A stretch of 64,000 nt of DNA, taken from assembly GCF_009914755.1 (NCBI RefSeq), contig NC_060939.1, one strand, 5' to 3'. The stretch is from the human T2T-CHM13v2.0 reference genome, Homo sapiens. Made by a program: the position numbers and the translations under genes. This document shows positions 56,971-64,000 of the stretch, piece by piece (positions within the stretch are counted from its first letter, which is position 1; each line of letters opens with the position of its first letter). The notes under the pieces were generated by a model that was not told where the DNA came from, did not search any database, and worked only from the letters and a program-made list of their open reading frames with translations.

Positions 56971-57875
56971 AAAATAATGGTTTTAACATACAGTATTGTT
57001 AGACTCCGAAAAGTAGATTAGGGCTTTCTTTTTAAGAATTTATTTGGAAATTAATTTTGATGATTTATAAATGATTATATAATACCCAGTTATACAATTT
57101 ACCCTTGGGAACAAAGAAGGAAATATAATATTATATTGGCTTGTATAATCACCCTCTTACTTTGGAAACAAAAGAGTGGGAGTGGGAGAATTTTGGAGAA
57201 CCTGATCCACTGTTAACTCTAATAATCGTTTCCTGAAGAACAGCCCCATCCACAGTTAAACAGAAATCTGGGGATATTAAATGGAGCTTTGTACTCTTGT
57301 CACTTTTTTCTTTCTTCATCAATTTCTAGTTGCTTGGAATTAAGGGCTACACTAAATGACCCTGCATTTGTTGGTGAGAACAGGGGAAGCAGAGAGATGT
57401 TTTGTAAGGGATGGAAGGTAGTATTTACATACAAAATTCACAGATTTGGACCTTAGCAACTTTGATCCTGATGGGCTTGATAGAGAAATTACAAGGTTAA
57501 AAGGGCTTTGAGATGTGGTGGAAAGAACAGAGACTTCCTATACCCTGCCTCTACCACTGTGCACTTTTAACAAGTTATTAACTTCTCTGAGCATCACTTT
57601 TCTTATCTGCAAAATGGGAATAATGAATTCTATCTTTTAGAGTTTTTGAGATTAACTGAGATAATGTGATAAATGATACTTTTCTTAAGGCAGTGAGGTA
57701 GAAAAGCAACAAATTTTTATTAGCTCTTTCTTCCTCTCCTTCAATTTAATCTATTATATGTGTTTGCCAGAATAAAGGAATTGTGTTTAAAGGATTGTCT
57801 GTAATTACTCAACTTAGTATTTTGAAATATTTTATTGTGGAGAATTTATAACATGTACAAAAGTAGAATTATGTT

Positions 57876-58345
57876 GTATTTGTTGCATAACAAATTACCC
57901 CAAAGTTTACTGGCTTAAAACAGTAATAAGCATTTATTTCTCACTGTTTCTTTGGTTCAGGAATTTGAGAGAAGCGGGGCTCAATAGTTCTGGCTCATAG
58001 TCTCTCTTGAGGTTGCAGTCAGGTGTTGGCTGGGTCTTTGGTCATCCAAAACCTTTAGTGGGCCAGCGGATTCACTTCCAAGGTGCTTCACTCATATGAT
58101 TGGCCAAGTTAGTGCAGGATGTTTTGGGGTTTGAGGAAAGGCCCAATTCCTCTCCATGTGTGTCAGCTTCACAGGGCTGCTCAGGTACCCGCTGGCTTCC
58201 CGCAGAGAAGTGATCCAGGAAGTCAAAGCAGAAGCTACAATGCCCTGTTTGACCTAGCCTAGACTACATATTGTCAGTTCCACTGTATTTTATGCATTAC
58301 ATATACCAGCCTTGATTCAGGGTGGAGATGATACACGATCTTGTG
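57876..58345 (-). mobile_element. MLT1-type MaLR LTR
   Basis: ttgcataacaaattaccccaaagtttactggcttaaaaca...cacttccaaggtgcttcactca. Confidence 0.7.
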
Positions 58346-58359
58346 ATGATAATCACATC

Positions 58360-58552
58360 TTTCTTTCTTCCTTTCTTTTTCTTTTTCTTTTTTTTTAAAG
58401 TCAGGGTCTTGCTCTGTCCCCCAGGCTACCAGGCTGGAGTGCAGTGGCATGATAATAGCTTAATGCAGCCTCGAACTCCTGGGCTAAAGCTATTCTCCTG
58501 CTTCAGCCTCCCGAGGAGTTGGAAGTACAGGTGCGGGCCACTAGTCCTGGCC
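58360..58552 (-). mobile_element. Alu monomer (FAM/FRAM-like)
   Basis: Single antisense monomer with a T-rich tail. Confidence 0.75.
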
Positions 58553-59485
58553 ACAGTCATCACATATTTCATTCATTAGTGGTGATATGGCGGCAAATGG
58601 TGATATTCTAATTCTCTCATTACTTTTTCATTTAATACTGAATACCTCTATAAAGAGAAGCTCCTCTCATTAACTGTGTGATAAAGTTTGAATAGCATAG
58701 GCAGGATAAATGCTTGTTTCTTGTTCTCCATTTATTATACCAGTTTTCAGAATAATGGTTTGACTTCCTAATATCCTCCAAAGGGGACCTGTTAAATGTT
58801 ATTTGTATTACTATGAAGTTAAGTATTTTAATGTATTTGATATGTTTCAGTCAATTGCTCTTATTACCTATATTGATGTTCATATATTTATACCCCTTTT
58901 AGAGAAATGGTGGCATACTGTACATAGTACTCTTGATTTGCTTTTCTCGCTTCACAGCATATCCTTGGGATCACTCCATAGTTGTCTATGGAGGAATTGT
59001 TCATTCTTAAAAAAATTGAAATATAATTCATATACTCGCCCTTATAAAGTAGACAATTCATTGGTTTTTTAGTATAATCAAAGTTGTGCAACCATTACCA
59101 CTAATCCTAGAATGTTTTCATCAAAGAAACCCTGTACCTAATAACAGTCTCTCCCCATTGCCTCCTGCCCCTTTACCCGCTACACCCCCAGCCTCTCGCA
59201 ACCACTAATCTATTTTCTGTCTCTCTGAATTTACCAATGAACGTTTGATTTAAGTAAAATCATATAATTTCTGGCCTTTGTGTCTGGTTTCTTTCAGTTA
59301 GCATAATGTTTTCAAGGTTCATCCATGTTTTATTAATAGTTTGAATCAGTTCCTCCTTCCTTTTTTAGCAGCACAGTGCTCCACCAGCTTGATCTGTCTA
59401 TACCTTAGCTAACCAGCTCATGTTGGTGAACATTTGAACATTTGAGTTGTTTCCCTACATTATTATATGACCTTCTGCATAAGTC

Positions 59486-59720
59486 TTTTTTTTTTTTGGA
59501 CAGGGTTGCCCAGGCTAGAGAGCAGTGGTGCAATCACAGCTCACCGGAGCCTCGACCTCCCGGGCTCAGGTGATCCTCCTGCCTCAGCCTCCTGAGTAGC
59601 TGGGACCACATCACGCCTGGCTAATTTTTGTAAAGATGGAGTCTCACTATGGTGCCCAGGCAGGTCTCAAAACTACTGGGCTCAAGCAACCCACCTGCCT
59701 CAGCCTCCCAAAGTGCTGAG
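59486..59720 (-). mobile_element. AluJ-type SINE with deletions
   Basis: Degenerate antisense Alu. Confidence 0.8.
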
Positions 59721-60096
59721 AGTCATCTTTTTTGTTTTTTAATGTGAATTTTGCTAGGTGTTGTTCAATTTCCCTCTATAGGGGTTGTACCATTCTGAAT
59801 TTTTACCAGCAGTGTATCAGAAAGTATTATTTCTCTACTGCCTTGCCATAGAATATTTTGTGATATCTCACTATGGTTTTTAGTTATCATTTTACTTCTC
59901 ATATCGTGATTGAGATTGAGCATCTTTTCACATGTTTAAACTCTGCATTCCTTTTTTTGTTAACTATCTGTCCATATCACTCTAGACTCTCTCCAAAGGG
60001 TCGTTTGTATTTTCCTTCCATTTTTGGCATCTCTTTCTATATTGCAAATATTCTTTCCATTTCTTTATTTCTCCTTTTGTTTTAAGATGACTTGTC

Positions 60097-60401
60097 GGCT
60101 GGGCGTGGCGGCTCACACTTGTAATCCCAGCACTTTGGGAGGGTGAGGTGGGCAATCACTCGAGGCCAGGAATTGGAGACCAGCCTGGCCAACATGGCAA
60201 AACCTCGTCTCTATTAAAAATACAAAAATGTGCTGAGTGTGTTGGTGCACATCCGTAATCCCAGCTACTTGGGAGGCTGAGGCATAACAATCACTTGAAC
60301 CCGGGAAGTGGAGGTTGCAGTGAGCTGAGGTCGCGCCACTCACTGTACTTCAGCCTGGGTGACCAAGCAAGACTTGGTCTCAAAATAAATAAATAAATAA
60401 A
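60097..60401 (+). mobile_element. AluS-type SINE
   Basis: Sense dimer with (AAAT)n tail; atgacttgtc on both flanks. Confidence 0.9.
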
Positions 60402-60419
60402 ATTTAAAAAATGACTTGT

Positions 60420-62151
<1,732 letters not shown>

Positions 62152-63677
62152 CAATAGTGGGAGGAAATTATGTGGAGAAAGTTTTTGTGTTTTTTGCTTC
62201 TTTTCAAAGTATGGATGAGATATGCCCAGGATGGTGGTGGTAGATATTGTGATTATTTCTACTCTCAATTCTGTAGTTATAATATCCAGAATAAGTATGG
62301 TTTGATGAGCGTTTCAAAACAACCACTTTGGCTATCAAGTGAAAAGTAGATTGTAGAGCAACAGAAGTGGCAGTAGGCTAACTACAGGACTTTTGCAGCT
62401 CTTCAGAGAAGTAGTTTGGATTTCATGGTAGCAGTAGATGTAGAGGGATATAGGCAAACTTGGGATATATTTTGGAAGTAGAGTCTGTAGTGGTACTAAT
62501 TAAAATAGTCATGTAGATAAACTGTTTCTTACTGTTTCAGGACAAGATGAGTCTATGCCAGATGTAAGTCACCACACTCATTTACTGATTTCTTCCTTGA
62601 GGATTTTTTGTTGTTAAAAAATTTTTGTGGTTGATCTGCATTCTGTCTTAAACTCTTTATTTCATTGTGGATTATTAACAGTTGGTCCACGGGCCACACT
62701 TTAAGCAACGTCAATCTCTAGTATCCATCTTAGAGGCAAACCATGATCTATTTAACCAGTCTCTTACTATTGGGTAGATGGTTAACCCTCACATCATCTT
62801 TTTTTTAGTATTAGGAATAAGTAATATTGCCATGAAATGCTTGTTTCTATAATTATGTGTATATATCTTATGCTTTCTTTAGGATAATTCCTGGAAATAG
62901 AGTAAGGATTTTGGAACATAATGACAAATTGTTCTCCATTTTACACACTTGCAGAGCCACATTTTTACCAGTATGAATTCTTTTTTCAAAAAAATCTTTG
63001 CTAATTTGGATGACAAATAGCAAGTTGTTATATGAATATGTACTTATTTGATTACTAGTAAGAATATTTTAAATGTATTTTTTGGAATTGATACATCCAC
63101 CTTTGCCATTTTTAATGCTCTTGGATCATTTTTACTTTGGGGTGTAAGTACCATTTACATTAAGGTTATTTACTCTTTGTACAATGAAAATATTTTTCCT
63201 CTGTTTTAAAAATGGATTTTGGTATTTTTGCATCATGTAGAAATTGTCCTTTTTTATAGACTCTCCTAGCAGTATAGTTACTTGGGAGGTGTAGTTGGTC
63301 AAGCCTTGCTGCCTCCCTGCTTCCATCTCTAAAGAGGTTGCCCTTTGGTGGTAAGGGCAGTTCACTATTGTGAACTTGCTGGGGTAAAAGGTTTTGGTGT
63401 GAGGAACTTAGGAGTTAAAAACTCTTCTGTAAGGGAAATGTATATGAGTGATGGATGATATTAAGAGGTTATTTTTAAATTTTGTTAGGTGTGAAAATGG
63501 AATTGTGGTTGAGTAGAAAAATCTGCATACACACATAGATGTATTTAGGGGTGAAAAATGTGAGGGATTTTCTTGAAAATACTATAGTCAAAAAGATAGA
63601 CATAGCAAATGTATCAACATTTAAAAAATTTTTGATTTGAGTGATGGGTTTATGAGTGTTCTTAACACTTTTAAAAT

Positions 63678-63802
63678 TTTATTTTAAAGAAATGGGGTCT
63701 CGCTGTGTTGCCCAGGCTGGACTAGAACTCCTGGGCTCAAACGATCCACGTATGTCAGCCCCTACCGAATAGCTGGCATTACAGGAGCACTGTGCTTGGC
63801 TT
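63678..63802 (-). mobile_element. Alu monomer (FLAM-like)
   Basis: Single antisense monomer inside an old L1 3' end. Confidence 0.75.
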
Positions 63803-63829
63803 CTTAATACTATTCATTATTTTTGTGGG

Positions 63830-64000
63830 GTTTTTTTTGTTTTGTTTTGGAGTCAGAGTTTCGCTCTTGTCACCCAGGCTGGTGTGCAATGGCATGATCT
63901 TGGCTCTGCAACCTCTACCTCCCAGGTTCAAGTGATCCTCCTGCCTCAGCCTCCCAAGTAGCTGGGACTACAGGCACCCACCACCACACCTGGCTAATTT
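63830..64000 (-). mobile_element. Alu SINE, cut by the window end
   Basis: Antisense right arm (gagtttcgctcttgtcacccaggctgg...cctggctaattt). Confidence 0.9.

Overview
This is primate genomic DNA, almost certainly human (it carries a human-specific AluYb8), and it is very repeat-rich. The only recognisable protein-coding sequence is the first coding exon of PDE8A (cAMP-specific phosphodiesterase 8A) at 26407-26592 (+). It reads MGCAPSIHISERLVAEDAPS...DGSGKK, ends at an AAG|GTAAGG donor and sits in a CpG island of about 2.5 kb. Everything from 26593 to 64000 is intron 1; exon 2 is not in the window. Bases 1 to about 24000 are upstream sequence; from recall the upstream neighbour is SLC28A1 on 15q25, but none of its coding exons is visible. 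The rest is mostly Alu (J, S, Y, Yb8), L1, L2, MIR, MaLR/ERVL LTRs (THE1, MST, MLT1, MER21) and DNA-transposon relics (MER81, MER45A, Tigger3, Tigger4a). Nearly all ORFs in the track are repeat-derived or GC-rich noise. I found no convincing novel multi-gene system. The most notable observations are: (i) three same-frame uORFs ahead of the PDE8A ATG, plus candidate splice sites that could remove them; (ii) a perfect 33-nt tailless U2 snRNA retrocopy with a 13-bp TSD, antisense in intron 1; (iii) a young AluYb8; (iv) a duplicated CRE-like 11-mer flanking exon 1; (v) a candidate terminal exon at about 19.75-19.9 kb; (vi) nested or abutting inverted repeats and short palindromes. Repeat subfamily names come from my recollection of consensus sequences, and boundaries are approximate unless TSDs are quoted.
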